From contig NW_003314261.1 of assembly GCF_000143415.4 (NCBI RefSeq), positions 6,236,822 to 6,300,821 on the forward strand: a stretch of 64,000 bases of DNA, written 5' to 3'. Under the pieces are notes generated by a model. The model saw only the letters and a program-made list of their open reading frames with translations, had not been told where the DNA came from and did no database searches. The translations under genes and the position numbers were made by a program. Below, in pieces: positions 34,501 through 46,148 of the stretch (position 1 is its first letter; each line of letters starts with the position of its first letter). The DNA comes from Selaginella moellendorffii (taxonomy: Eukaryota; Plantae; Lycopodiophyta).

Positions 34501-37110
34501 GCTTCCCCAATCAATGTCGGACGTTCAGGTTTTTCTTGGCTTCGCCAACTTCTATCGCAAATTCATTGATCACTACTCTGACATTGTGCTTCCTCTCACG
34601 CATCTCACTCGCAAAGATGTTCCCTTCTCTTGGTCTGCTGCTGCTCAGCAGGCCTTCGACACACTTAAGGCGGCCTTCAGTTCTGCTCCCATCTTGATCC
34701 ACGCTGATCCCTCACAACCTTTCTTCATCGAGGCTGATGCCTCCGACTTTGCCATTGGTGCTGTGCTGTCTCAACTCGGAGCGGATCAAAAACTTCATCC
34801 GGTCGCTTTCCATTCTCGGAAATTCCAGCCGGTGGAGATCAATTACGAAATCCACAACAAGGAGCTCCTTGCTATTGTGGATTCCTTTGGAGAGTGGCGT
34901 CGTTTCTTGGAGGGGGCAAGCCATCAAACAACGGTCTGGATGGATCACAAAAATCTCGAGTACTTTGCCACTTCCCAAGTTTTGAGCCGTCGTCAAGCAA
35001 GGTGGGCACAATTCCTAAGTTGGTTTGACTTTGTTATCAAGTACAGACTTGGAAAGCTTCAAGGCCTTCCTGATGCTCTTTCAAGGTGCTCCTATCTCAG
35101 TCTCAGGCCTGGTAATCCTGCCTTCGATCAACAAGATCAAGTTATCCTCGGTCCTGATCGGCTTCAAGTTATGGCAATTTCCCTGGCCCCTCAGGACTCC
35201 TCCTTGATGGATGCGATCAAAAACAATCTTCAATCCAATGATCTCACCAACGACATTTTCCCCCATCTTCAGGTTGGACACCCAGTGACTCCTGACTGCT
35301 GGCGATTTGACGAGTTCGAGTTCTTAGATGGCTTATTGTACCGTGGGGAGCAGCTTTACGTTCCTGAAGGTGATGCTCAAAGGTTGGTTCTGATGGCGTG
35401 CCACGATAGCCCGACTGCTGGTCACTTCGGCATTGTGAAAACCTATGAGCTGGTTGCACGGGATTTTTGGTGGCCTCACATGGACGACTACATCAAAGCC
35501 TTTGTTACCTCCTGTGACACTTCCACTCGGAATAAGGTACCTCACCACCTTCCTTCAGGTTTGCTTTGATCCCTCCCAGTCCCTTCAAGTCCTTGGGAAT
35601 CCATCTCCATGGATTTCTTGAGTGATCTTCCCAGTTCTAGAGGCTTCAACAGCATTTTAGTTGTGGTGGATCGCTTCACAAAGATGGCGCACTTCCTGCC
35701 ATGTACCAAGGAGTTTTCGGGCGAGGACATGGCAAAACTGGTATTCAGGGAAATTTTCCGACTTCATGGGATTCCTGCAGATGTGGTTTCGGATCGGGGA
35801 CCTCAGTTCATCTCTCATTTCTGGCAACGGTTTTTGCAACTGCTAGGAGTGAAGGCCAACCTCTCCTCAGCATATCATCCTCAAACTGATGGACAGTCCG
35901 AGTGAACGATTCAGACGTTGGAACAATTCTTGAGGTGCTTCATCAACTATCATCAAGATAACTGGTTCGATATCCTTCCCCTTGCTGAGTTCTCCTATAA
36001 CAACTCTATTCACTCCTCTCTTCGAGTTTCCCCCTTCTTTGTGAACTCTGGTCGAAATCCTTGATTTAATCTCTCACTTCCTTCTCCATCCGACTCCTTT
36101 TGTTCAAATCCCCGCTCTGAGGCATTTGTCTCCAACCTCCAGGAAATCCACAACTCCATCTCCATCGTGCTCAAGAATCTCACAAAACATTTGCCAATAT
36201 CCATCGTCAGGATTGTCCCCCTTACAATATCGGGGATAAAGTCTGGCTCCTCAGGAGAAATATCTCCACCACCAGGCCCTGTCCAAAACTCGATTTCAAA
36301 CGCCTTGGTCCATTCCCTATCACTGCCATCATTAATCCTATCACTTATCGCTTTGCACTTCCTTCGTCATATCAAATTCACCCCGTTTTTCACTCCTCTC
36401 TCCTTGAGCCTTATATTCCCAGTCCTATTCCAAATCAGGTCATTCCTCCGCCTCCACCAGTGCAGCTCGAGGATGGGTCTGAGGTTCAGGACATCCTTGA
36501 TTCCAAGATTTCACGGTCTAAACTCTACTATCTGGTCGATTGGAAGGGTTATGGACCTGAGGAGTGCACTTGGGAACCTGTGGACAACCTGATTCATTCT
36601 CCTGACCTTGTTCAGGACTTCCACCGCCGCTATCCTTCTCGTCCCAGTCCCCATTCTTTTTCTCCATCTCCCATCCCTCGCCGCTCATCTCATCCTCCTC
36701 TTCGTTCACGTTCCCGTCCTCATTCCTCTTGTTCTTGAGGAGGGGGTGCTGTCAGGAATCCCCCAATTCTTGCCACATTCCTGACGCTCACCAGATTCCT
36801 GACCTGTAGACCACATTCCTGACTCTCGAGACACTTCCCTATTCCTGACTCTCTGATTTCCTGTACGATTCTTGAGTCTCGAGCCAGATTCCTGATGATG
36901 ATGTGGTGCCTCCTCGACCTCAACTATATTTAGGCCGTCCTCGATCTAAGAGTGGTGGAACTTCATCAACCTATAGTATATATAGGTTAGCCTTGTTCCA
37001 TTTCTCCACAATCTGAATCAACACCAGTCTAAGGCCTTTTCTTTGTTTCCACTAGCTTTTCTCTTTGTCTTTTGCATTTTCCAGTCTTGATCTTGTTGGG
37101 GGTCTTGACA
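31581..37110 (+). mobile_element. Full-length chromovirus (Ty3/Gypsy, Tf1/sushi/Tcn1-like), mutationally inactivated
   Basis: 361-bp LTRs at 31581-31941 and 36750-37110 (about 11 differences by eye), TSD TCCTT, PPT GAGGAGGGGG. Encodes gag with CLYC..NH..C, protease LLDSG, RT YLDD, RNaseH, integrase and a chromodomain (EVQDILDSK...YLVDWKGYGPEECTWEP). Confidence 0.95.
32981..33065 (+). promoter_or_regulatory. -1 programmed ribosomal frameshift signal between gag and pol
   Basis: Slippery G GGA AAC in the gag frame, 6-nt spacer, then an 11-bp stem GTCCAAACAGA/TCTGTTTGGAC. Pol lies in the -1 frame. Confidence 0.8.
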
Positions 37111-38059
37111 TCCTTGGGTTTGAATAATACTAGGCTGAGTGACCTCCCAGAAAGTCCAAATTCAAGAACTTACATTTGGTATCGAAAGGGAGATTGGAGT
37201 GCTGATGACGAGGAAGACAATGGTGGCCAGGATCATGGCGTCGCCCATGGCCGCCAGCATGAGGCCGACTCTGTTGGTTGGCTAGGGGAGTCACACCACA
37301 AGTTGATTGACATTTGGCTGGTCCAATTTGCTCCCGTTGGGCTCAACCCGAGGGGTAGCGTGTCAAGAGAGTGGGTCTCTCGGGAGAGCTGTGGCTCTCA
37401 GTTTTTGTTCATGAGGGTGTGAGCTTGCAAGGACGCATGGTAGATTGTAAGCAACCAAAGAGAATGACTCGAGATACGGTCTATAGGGTTCAAATATAAA
37501 AGGAAAGAGCTCATAAATAAGAGTGCACCCCCTTTTCCAATCGATCAAGGATCTTGGGATAGTTAGAGTTAAGCGTCCTTGGATTTGAATAGTACTAGGC
37601 TGGGTGAGCTTCTGGGAAATCCAAAGTTAGGAGCTTACAAATACTTCCTCCAGTGTTTCAGCATTCCTGTCCAAAGTGGATTTGTTCAGATAATAGTCCC
37701 ACATTTATAACTAAGGCATTTCACATTTTGATATCTCAATTGGGGATATGCCACACTTTCACGAGTGTTTATCATCCATAGTCAAACAATTTGATGGAAT
37801 AACTTGTTTAGACTTTTAAAGGAATGTGTGAGACACAAATCCTTAAGCCCCATAGTGGAGCCAAAAGAGTGTCATGTGGTAGTTACTAACGTAGAAGCTA
37901 AACGAGCGTAACATATTTGGATTGAAAGCTCTGACTTGAAAAGTCAAAAGCGGGAGTGGAACTCCCAATGAAGTACTTGAAGAATGAATACAAAGCGAGC
38001 AATAAGTGAGTCTCTAGAAAAGGGACACAAGAGGACTAACACATAACACGTGGGAGTGT

Positions 38060-38410
38060 CAAGATGGAGTTCGAAAAGGAGTCTGAGATGGACCTAAAGT
38101 GGACCCGAGATGGAGTCCAAGAAAGAGTCCAAAATGGAATCTAAGATAAACTTGAGATGGAGTCTGAGATGGATATAAGATGGAGTCTAAAAAAGACCCA
38201 AGATGGACTTAAGATAGAGTCCAAGATGGATCTGAGATGGAATTCGAGGTCGAGTCCAAAATGGATTTGAGATGGAGTCTGAGGTCAAGACTAAGATCGA
38301 GACCAAAACTAAGGCTAAGATTGAGATTAAGATTGAGTCCGAGACCAAACAAGTCCGAGTCCGAGTCCGAATTTGAATCCAAGTCTAAGTCTGAGTCCAA
38401 GTCCGAATTT
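38060..38410. repeat. Degenerate 6/12-bp minisatellite (GATGGAGTCYRA / GAGTCC)
   Basis: Repeated gatggagtct/gagtcc units in TE-like sequence. Confidence 0.7.
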
Positions 38411-39285
38411 GAGGGTGAAAACCCAAAGCATTTGTCTAATAGACTCTAAGGGGTTTGGTGAGCTCTAAAAGTAAGGGGAGGACTCCAATGGAGTCAGTTT
38501 AGTCAAAAAATACTCATACCCACATGTTAAGTGATGATATAACCATTGAGGAATATAAGGTTAAAGTGAATACAGACAAACAAGTGGAGTAACTTGGTGA
38601 AGTGTTTAAGAGCCAACTCTAACTCCTTCAAGAAATCAAATGATCAATGCTCCCAATCTAAGTGTAGGTGGCACCTTATTTGGATACTTAGTGTGGCTTA
38701 TTAGAACCTCACTTTAACCACATAGCTAGGGCACTTAAAAGTGAAAGGTGGGAAGAGTACTTATGAGGTTTGTGTAAAGTCACGATGTTTCAAAATATTA
38801 TTCTAAAATCCCAAACTGTGGAAAGGTAGAGGAGGAATTCTCTAATATAATTACCAAAAATACAATCATATGGTGAGGAAGTTTCAAAGAACAATAGGAC
38901 TTAATGGTTAAACCTTAACCTAATGACGGTGTTGGCAAGCACAACTGTGGATGAAGAGGGATTTAATGAGGATAGAAGAAAGGACATTAAGAAAAGGTGT
39001 TCCCCTTTTTATGGGCTAATTGATATGCATATTTTTTGTATTCTTTTTTTACACACAGAGCGTGTAAGAAAAAATTTCATACATTAAAAATAATTTATTT
39101 TAAAATATATATAGTTTTATATATATATATGTATAATTTAGCATATTTAGTTATATTTTATCATATTTGACAATACTAAAATTCTAATTATGAAGTGTAT
39201 TTCTGTAGAAATCCTTTTCACAACTTAAATATTTAAAAAAACTACATTTTCTATATATCTTGTTATAGCTCTTATATAAACCCTT

Positions 39286-40638
39286 ATGAAGCTTTTGGAG
39301 CTCCTGGAGCAATCCCTGCCGGAAGTGAGTTTCTACCCCCATCCTAATCCATGTCTTCTAGGCAAGGCGCTGCGACCCACGTCCATCGGTGAGCACCCAC
39401 CTGGTGGCTATCACCCATGGCCAGATTTCGTCAACAAGGTGGTTGAACACAAGCAGCGCTACTGCGGCGATGATTCCTCGTTTAGCTCGCCACCTGCAGC
39501 TCCTCGCGGTGGGCATATCGTCGTCGAGGAGATGGGAATTCGCTGCTTGCTCTACATGTACTGGGGGACGGCAATCAGCGAGATGGGCCGAGAACTTGTG
39601 ACGAGAGGAGTGACAAGCGAGGCTCTCGAGTTTGCCTGGTCAGATGCTGTCCGAGACTTGCTGGGATGGCCGGATCACGTCCTCCATGTCAATGGCCGCT
39701 GCAAAGCTATCATCCTGGCCAAGACACGGCTTGAGCTGGATGATTCTGCCAGTGACTTGGGTGGATTGGTATCGAAGCTTGCCTTGCAGCAGATGCTTGC
39801 GTATCTCCGGCTCAACGCGCACTATGGCTTCGGCAGTGTGTATGGAATCCTGACCAACTTTGAGAGTTCTTGGTTCTGCAAGCTCGATGGCGATCGTCTC
39901 TTGGTCTCGGAGTCCATCAAGGCTAGCGAGTGTCGACCTGGGATCTACGCAGCGCTGTGGTATCTCTCGCATCTAGTGGTACTCGACGATCCGGGGAACA
40001 TTGTTTCGTCACCCAGTCATGGTCTAGCTGCAACCAAGCTTGTTCTTGACTCCATTGTCAAGAGGGCGTGCGTGGCCGCGGATTTGCACGAGGCTGACAT
40101 GCTCGAGTACTATCGGGTCTATGATCTCAAGAGCGTCGAGTTCCACTCTTGCTTGGGCCGTTTTGGATCGTCGAGCGTGTACAGGGCGAGACTGGACGAG
40201 GAGGCTGTTGTTCTCAAGGTCTTGGACGTGACGCAGAGACCACACCTGATGCTGGATTTCGTGAGAGAGATTGATGCGTATGACAGGCTTGTTGCGGTTG
40301 AAGGAGTGTGCGTTCCAAAGCTCCTCGAGTATGGTTTCTTGTCAGGGGCGCTCTTCTTTCTGGCCTTCTCGGATGCGGGGGTTAACCTGGAGGTGCTTGC
40401 GAACCAGAATGGAGGGAGGCTAGGCCCCGAGATGAAGCAGAGCGCCATACAATCTCTCAAATCCATTCACTCCCTCGACATGAGCCACGGCGATATCCGG
40501 CTTGCAAACATGTGTTACCAGTTGCAAGGTGGTAAAGCCGAAGTTCTTTGGATTGATCTACAACAGTCTTTCCGCTCGTGGACAGAGGAACATGAAAGAG
40601 AGCTCAATACGCTTGTCATGCTTTTAGATCAATATTAG
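39286..40638 (+). CDS. Intronless protein: N-terminal REase-fold-like domain plus atypical (Bud32/RIO/Kdo-like) protein kinase domain
   Basis: 450-aa ORF. N-half: PDHV..IILAKT, QQMLAYL, YGILTNFESSWF. C-half: GRFGSSSVY, VVLKVLD, EIDAY..VPKLLEYG, HGDIRLANM, WIDL. Confidence 0.75.
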   Translation: MKLLELLEQSLPEVSFYPHPNPCLLGKALRPTSIGEHPPGGYHPWPDFVNKVVEHKQRYCGDDSSFSSPPAAPRGGHIVVEEMGIRCLLYMYWGTAISEMGRELVTRGVTSEALEFAWSDAVRDLLGWPDHVLHVNGRCKAIILAKTRLELDDSASDLGGLVSKLALQQMLAYLRLNAHYGFGSVYGILTNFESSWFCKLDGDRLLVSESIKASECRPGIYAALWYLSHLVVLDDPGNIVSSPSHGLAATKLVLDSIVKRACVAADLHEADMLEYYRVYDLKSVEFHSCLGRFGSSSVYRARLDEEAVVLKVLDVTQRPHLMLDFVREIDAYDRLVAVEGVCVPKLLEYGFLSGALFFLAFSDAGVNLEVLANQNGGRLGPEMKQSAIQSLKSIHSLDMSHGDIRLANMCYQLQGGKAEVLWIDLQQSFRSWTEEHERELNTLVMLLDQY

Positions 40639-40965
40639 ATCTTAGCATATTTGCAAAACTTTATGAAGTGAGATTCTTGAAATCCCGAGAGCAAGGGAAA
40701 ATAGTCCACATGCATGCATTCTTCCAAGTAATGCACTCCCGCTACAATTCTATTTGGCCTGGCAGTATAAAAAACCGGATGGACACCATAGGTTATGTTT
40801 GAGCATGACTTAGCGAAGAGCATATTCTCACCAATAAGGGGGACCAAATTTAAGAAATTCACAATATTTGCAAATATGTCAACTTCCTGCTTTCTCTAGA
40901 TATTGAAATCTTCACAAAGCACATTCAAAGAAAAACGCTACTTCAGGCAATCTAGTAGGAATCTT

Positions 40966-42243
40966 TCAGAATCTGAAAAGCTTTTCCATGTGCCTTTGAT
41001 CCCTCTTTGCAAACTGTAAGAACTCATCAGCGTCTTCATCCTTGTCAAACAAGCATGCCGCTCCAAGGTCTATCCACATGACTTTGCCACCTTCCCTGGA
41101 CACAATAATGTTAGACTCCATCACTCGACCATGACTCACATTTGCCCTGTGCATCACAGTCAAGGCAGACTTTGCTGCCGAGAGGTAAGGCCTTAAGTTT
41201 TCACAGTCTTTGTCGATGCTCATGCCTCCAATGTCTTGCATTATGGTAACCCAGCCTAGTCCTCCATCCATGAAACCAGCAGCATAGAGGCGCGGAATCA
41301 CGTCACCTTGAAGGTCCTTGAGTTTTACCATCATCCACACTTCACGCACAGCCTCCTCCAGCTGGTCGGAAGAGTTGCAAACTTTGACAATAGCCTTCCT
41401 CCCTGATTCCAAATCCCCCCGAAACACTGAGACCTTTCCTCCGCTATGGATAAGGTGCCTTGCATCACGCAAGAAGTCCAGCTCTGGAAGTTGGGGCATG
41501 ACAAAGGCCTCGATGTCTTTGGGCTTGAAATTCAACAACCTGCAGAGTTTTATCGTTTGTATGCGCATATCTACAACATATCTTTTGTTTCTTGTATTTG
41601 TCTCGACAATAAAATCTGATGGATCCGCTGCTTCTTCTCCTAAAACTGTGGGAGGACGCTCGAACAAGAGGTGCATAAAGTAGAACAGAGCTTCCATGAA
41701 TGTTGGAGCAAAGAAAGCATCAGAAACCAGGAGGACGTCGTCATGGGTCAGCTTGCAAAAGAACGATCGCTCTAGGCTGGTTACACATGCGTATCCAGAT
41801 CGAGTTCTTCCACATGCACCATGATAGATATAACCGGCTGCCTGATCAAACACTTTGCGCATAACATTGCTGCCACCATCTATCCCCACCTGGAGAACCT
41901 CGTCGGACTCTACCAAAAGATACCCTTTGCCGGTATTTGCCAAAGAGGGAGTGCTATCCAGAGTTCCATACATAACGACTGCGCCTTGGCAATGACTAAG
42001 ATGAATTCTAGAACCAGCTTGGAATCTCTTTTGGTACTCATAGGAGAGCTGTTGTACTGGAACCACAAGGGATGCATACAGTTTTGCAAATGCCTCATCG
42101 CGGCTTGTGGCTCCAGCAGCCACATGCAGCGGGCAAGGATCCATGGACATAGGGGCGTTATCCGGCTGCGAGTAGAAGCCTTGGAGCTCTGACGCAAATG
42201 AATCCCATACCTTGTAGCCACCTCTTGGAGTGTGCTGACACAT
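40966..42243 (-). CDS. Intronless paralog: degenerate REase-like domain plus probable pseudokinase (HGR in place of HGD)
   Basis: 425-aa ORF: GGYKVWDSF, QAAGYI..GYACVTSLERSFFCKL, AIVKVC, EVWMM..IPRLYAAGF, HGRVMESNII, WIDLG. Confidence 0.7.
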   Translation of the reverse strand: MCQHTPRGGYKVWDSFASELQGFYSQPDNAPMSMDPCPLHVAAGATSRDEAFAKLYASLVVPVQQLSYEYQKRFQAGSRIHLSHCQGAVVMYGTLDSTPSLANTGKGYLLVESDEVLQVGIDGGSNVMRKVFDQAAGYIYHGACGRTRSGYACVTSLERSFFCKLTHDDVLLVSDAFFAPTFMEALFYFMHLLFERPPTVLGEEAADPSDFIVETNTRNKRYVVDMRIQTIKLCRLLNFKPKDIEAFVMPQLPELDFLRDARHLIHSGGKVSVFRGDLESGRKAIVKVCNSSDQLEEAVREVWMMVKLKDLQGDVIPRLYAAGFMDGGLGWVTIMQDIGGMSIDKDCENLRPYLSAAKSALTVMHRANVSHGRVMESNIIVSREGGKVMWIDLGAACLFDKDEDADEFLQFAKRDQRHMEKLFRF

Positions 42244-42324
42244 CTCTCTAAAACGCTATAGGAACCCTAGAGTTAGGTTAACGTCGCGAGCGAAAGCGAA
42301 TTGTTTGATGGATTTGGTTCGTTT

Positions 42325-42900
42325 TGCGGTGTGCTGCAGTGGCACTTAAATGCGGATTTGTACGAGACAGACCCGGATTCGAGACGAGCGAGGCTACGAT
42401 TACTATGTATGTACCGAGAACCTTGTTTAAATCGTGCTCGTGCTCAGGATATCATCACAATCGCGCCTGGTAAGCTTCCCAACTACGAGGAGCGGATCCT
42501 CGACGAGATTAGGTACTGTCTCGAAGGAAGTGTTTTCGAGACAAAAAGATAGCTTTTGTTAACCATTCTTTCAGGCTACTTTGACGTTAGAGATGGCAGT
42601 GATCGGTGGATTCGTGTGTGGACTAGGAAGGCATGATCAATCTCCCAGCTGGGATGCATCACCGATTCACACCAGATTCAAACAATCTCATCACGGTTTG
42701 CATCGGATTCTCTTTAATCAAACAAAGAAGCTAGGAAATCTATACAGGTGATGTGCCTCTTTAGTGGACATCCAATTTGGACGGCGTTTAATCGGCCCCA
42801 AGAAGACAATCCTGTGATGTTTGTAGATACATGCTCTCATGAATCTCCAATCTTTTCTCAGATTGGAGTACGTAAAGAATTTCCTCGTGAACATAAAATG
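42325..42900 (+). pseudogene. Acireductone dioxygenase (ARD) pseudogene, introns retained
   Basis: GVLQWHLNADLYETDP, DIITIAPGKLPNYEERI|DEIRYCLEG, GYFDVRDGSDRWIRVW, PAGMHHRFT, LFSGHPIWTAFNRP. The EEHLH metal-binding segment is deleted and there are frameshifts. Confidence 0.85.
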
Positions 42901-43394
42901 GACCAAGAATATTTTTTTCTCAAATATATCCAAGCTGGCAATACTATATGACTCTTGTTCCAGAGCATCGACCGCCATCACATAAACTCGATTTACGTTG
43001 GAAATTGTGCAAAGTTCTACTTGTTTCCCTCAGAGACACGCTCACGATGAGATAAAAAAGCGCCATGACACCTGGGCCTACAGGACGAGGAAGTCGTCCC
43101 AGTCCCTATCTCGGGAATGCGCGTATACATTCCAACAACGTAGAGAGGAATCGAGGAGCACAAGTTCCAACTATCCACACAAAGGGAGCTTTTTCTACTT
43201 TACCTCTCCGTGCATGGTTATGCCCATGGCTCCAGCGTGCTGATCCGCTGCTGCGTAAATACTGCTATCTCTCACCCTTGTACTTCGAATTCTCCAGCTG
43301 ATGAATGCAATTGGGATTCGCAAGCTGCAGGACGATGGTAAGAAGCCACAAGAAAAAAATCATGAATGCAGCCAGCCGCTGGATCACTTCCTGC

Positions 43395-44935
43395 TGTCTG
43401 ATTTCGGCGTCCTCCACAATGACACGTTCAGCATTTCCTGCTTGATCATTCCCATGGTTCTCGGATTTGCAAAACGGTGTTTCATTACCAGTTGATCAAT
43501 AAGTGTTGCTTACATTCTAGTGTCGATATGATAATGATAAGGACCTTTTCAACCTCGTTGATTCGGCCGTAGTAAATGTAGAAGTCGAATGCAAACTCTG
43601 ACGTTTAACGCTGTCCGTATCATTACGCTATAGAAGAAAAAGGAGCAAGGTCGTTCTTACATTTTAGGAGTATCAAGCCGCAGGAAAGAAATCCCTTCGC
43701 TGTCCTTTTGGGGATCAATTTCCTTGTCGTGTGCGGGAGAACTGTATGTGAAGGTTAACTAAGATAGACAGACAACTCACTTGGTCTCAAGGCTAGCTGG
43801 AGTTTCCTTTTTTATGCTTAAAACACCTGCATCCGTTCCTCATTGTTCTCTGCCTCACGCTCGTCTGAACCGGTTTTCTTGCTGTCAAGGGATAAAATGG
43901 ACTGAAGTTTATCGTTGGGTTCATAAGTTGCACTATCCAACTCTGCAGATAAATGAAATAAGTACAGAAAATACGTGATCTTTCTCACCTCCATGCATTT
44001 GGAGATTCTGCTCTGGTTCAAGCTCATCTGATTCGGTTTCCTTGCATTCCGCCGCAGCAGGAGATCGTACGGTGCCAGGTTTATCGCTGAGTAAAGGTGG
44101 TTCATTGTTTGACAGGCCCTTCACGAGTCAATCCAGTTAGCCAGATCTGCGGAAATCGATAAATAAGACCAAAAGATACCTCATTTTTCTTACCTCCATG
44201 CATCTGCTCAGCTTCACGCTTGTTTAATTCGGCGTTCTCGGACTGAAGTTTAATGTAAGTAAAGGGGTTCATCTTTCTTCTTAATGGCAACTCCGGGACT
44301 CCGAGATTTTTCTTGGGAATGGTCGTGCCCATATAAATGTTCGTTTCATTATCGACCTGCCCAGCATCCGCACTAGCAGCAAGATGCTTACTATCCGACA
44401 TACCGTCCGAGGCGTCAGGAAGTTTGTTGTCAGCATCAGGACCATGAAGAGCAGAATTACCATGTGTGGAAACAATCAATCACTAATAATACCCAGATAC
44501 CCAGAATTGCTTCCAGCATTTCCATCACCGGTTCCAGAGTCTTCGTTTGCAATCCGCTACGTCAGTCGCACATACTATTTCGTTTTCTTTGCCAGTGACA
44601 TTTTGGATTTAAGAGGTAGAGTCTTTCGGTTGCCCATCCTTAGATTCCGATGGTGAATTCTCGCTGAGAATCTTGAAGAATCTGGTTCTTCAGGTTCACT
44701 GCCGGGGCTTGAAATCGCACACTCCTCTTAGTGAGATCTTCAGTAACAGCGCAGTGGTAGAAAAAAGAAGCACCGGATTTATTAGAGGGAAAAATAGGAT
44801 AGAGTGATACCATCGGTGTTACCAAATTGGGTGTCAGATGGGCTGTCAAACTTGCATATACTGGTACTCCTGATGAGCGACGTCAACTGTTCAGGTAAGC
44901 TCACGAAAGTGTTTGTTCATGACTGACTGTTGATC
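43395..44935 (-). pseudogene. Mosaic of duplicated SYD fragments
   Basis: Direct match to 11055-11100, 11455-13040 (with deletions) and 13400-13500. Positions 44811-44935 are an inverted copy of ~16315-16453. Introns are retained. Confidence 0.9.
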
Positions 44936-46148
44936 GCAGTTTATCTAGGGAACGCTTACACGCAAAAGGACCATTCTCGGCTAGCAGCGTTGGACCCCTG
45001 AAGATAACTCGGACGCTCGAGGAGGAAACGACGGCGACGAGTGAAAGCAAAAGCTATTTTTAGCGTCCAGCTCCCAAGACTGCATAGTTATACCCTCAAT
45101 TCCTGTTACCCGACTTATACTATCCCCAACGGCGTTCCTGAGACCCAAGCAGACTTGAACGTAATCGTCCTTTCAAGGAGGAAAACAAAGAGGGGATTAC
45201 TCAGTGAGCGAGATAGCCTTATCTTTGGAAGGAGGCGATTCGATGTTCATGGAATCATCAGAAGATTTTCGTGCTTGCCTTCGGATTGTCGGAAACCCTA
45301 ATAGATTCTTCCTTCAGTGCTATGAAAGATTTCTTTTGACAATCCTCTCTTTGTCATACAAAATGAAATCTTAACCCTATTTTAAAACTAATCTTATGAA
45401 ATAGAAATAATTTTTAGTACTAAAATTATGGTAAAAATCCTAATAGTTAGTATTGTCCTTAAGCTTTTGTTAAAATTTATATTTATTATAAATTTTCCTC
45501 ACACTCTTTGTTTTTATAAATTGATTTAATAAAGTTTTGTATCATTTGGATTATTATAATTTTGTAATAATGTGGCATTTTATTTTTGGTAGTAACGTAG
45601 AATATGCTTAAATATTCTAGTATATTCTAATATCTAATGGTTGATATTAATCTTATATATAAACTATAAATATGTTTATAATTTATAAAAAATTTAAATA
45701 CACCAGATTAAATTGTAAATACAACGTATGCTTCTGTGGATCAAAGATCAAAGAAAAAGTAATGATCTGAAACTCACACACTTGAAAATAAAGGAGAGAA
45801 AAAAAAAGAGAGGAATATGATGTTTCGCTTGTTTTCTTATGAACAAATCTTGCTGCCATTATCCGCTTTAAGAGCCTTTAAAACGAAACAAGATATGATC
45901 AAGCTTAGCTAGCTTTTGAGTTTTTCATGCCACGGGATCATTGATGCAAACGTCTTGCAAGACTCTGATCTTCCTCAGTAGCTCCTCTGGATACTCAGAC
46001 TTGCGCTGGCAAAGCAGAAATGATTTATAAACATTCAAGAGAGAAATCTTTTACTGCACTTCCACAACGCTTGATGAGTAACGAGGTGGAATATTACATG
46101 AAGGTCTAAGAGCTAAAAGATTCGATTTATAAATTCTGAAAGTTATTC

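Larger units (their letters stand above)
31447..37639 (+). mobile_element. Cassandra-type TRIM, copy 2; 5' LTR split by a chromovirus
   Basis: TSD AATAC. 5' LTR at 31447-31580 plus 37111-37174, PBS TGGTATCG, 3' LTR at 37446-37639 with the 5S-like AGTTAAGCGTCCTTGG..TAGTACTAGGCTGGGTGA..CTGGGAAATCC. Confidence 0.88.
29740..37830 (+). mobile_element. Degenerate AT-rich Gypsy pol relic hosting nested insertions (same family as 3765-6232)
   Basis: RT remnants (MLDKGVIQKSQSPYA..YIDYHPLNK; LLMTPPILAYPN) at 29740-30244 and 30833-31446, and an integrase remnant at 37640-37830. Positions 31074-31290 resemble 4060-4270. Confidence 0.7.

Noticed and set aside
37567-37622. Genuine 5S rRNA gene
   Set aside because: Only the internal ~55 nt resemble 5S, and they are embedded in paired LTRs with PBS and TSD.
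38209-38449. SR/DL-rich ORFs
   Set aside because: Translations of a hexamer-based minisatellite.
39286-42243. Prokaryotic contamination or a restriction-modification operon
   Set aside because: The genes are contiguous with plant TEs and SYD-derived fragments, have decayed local paralogs, and have no methylase or operon structure.
43000-43320. Possible C/D snoRNA
   Set aside because: Only isolated TGATGA/CTGA words; no terminal stem or recognisable guide.
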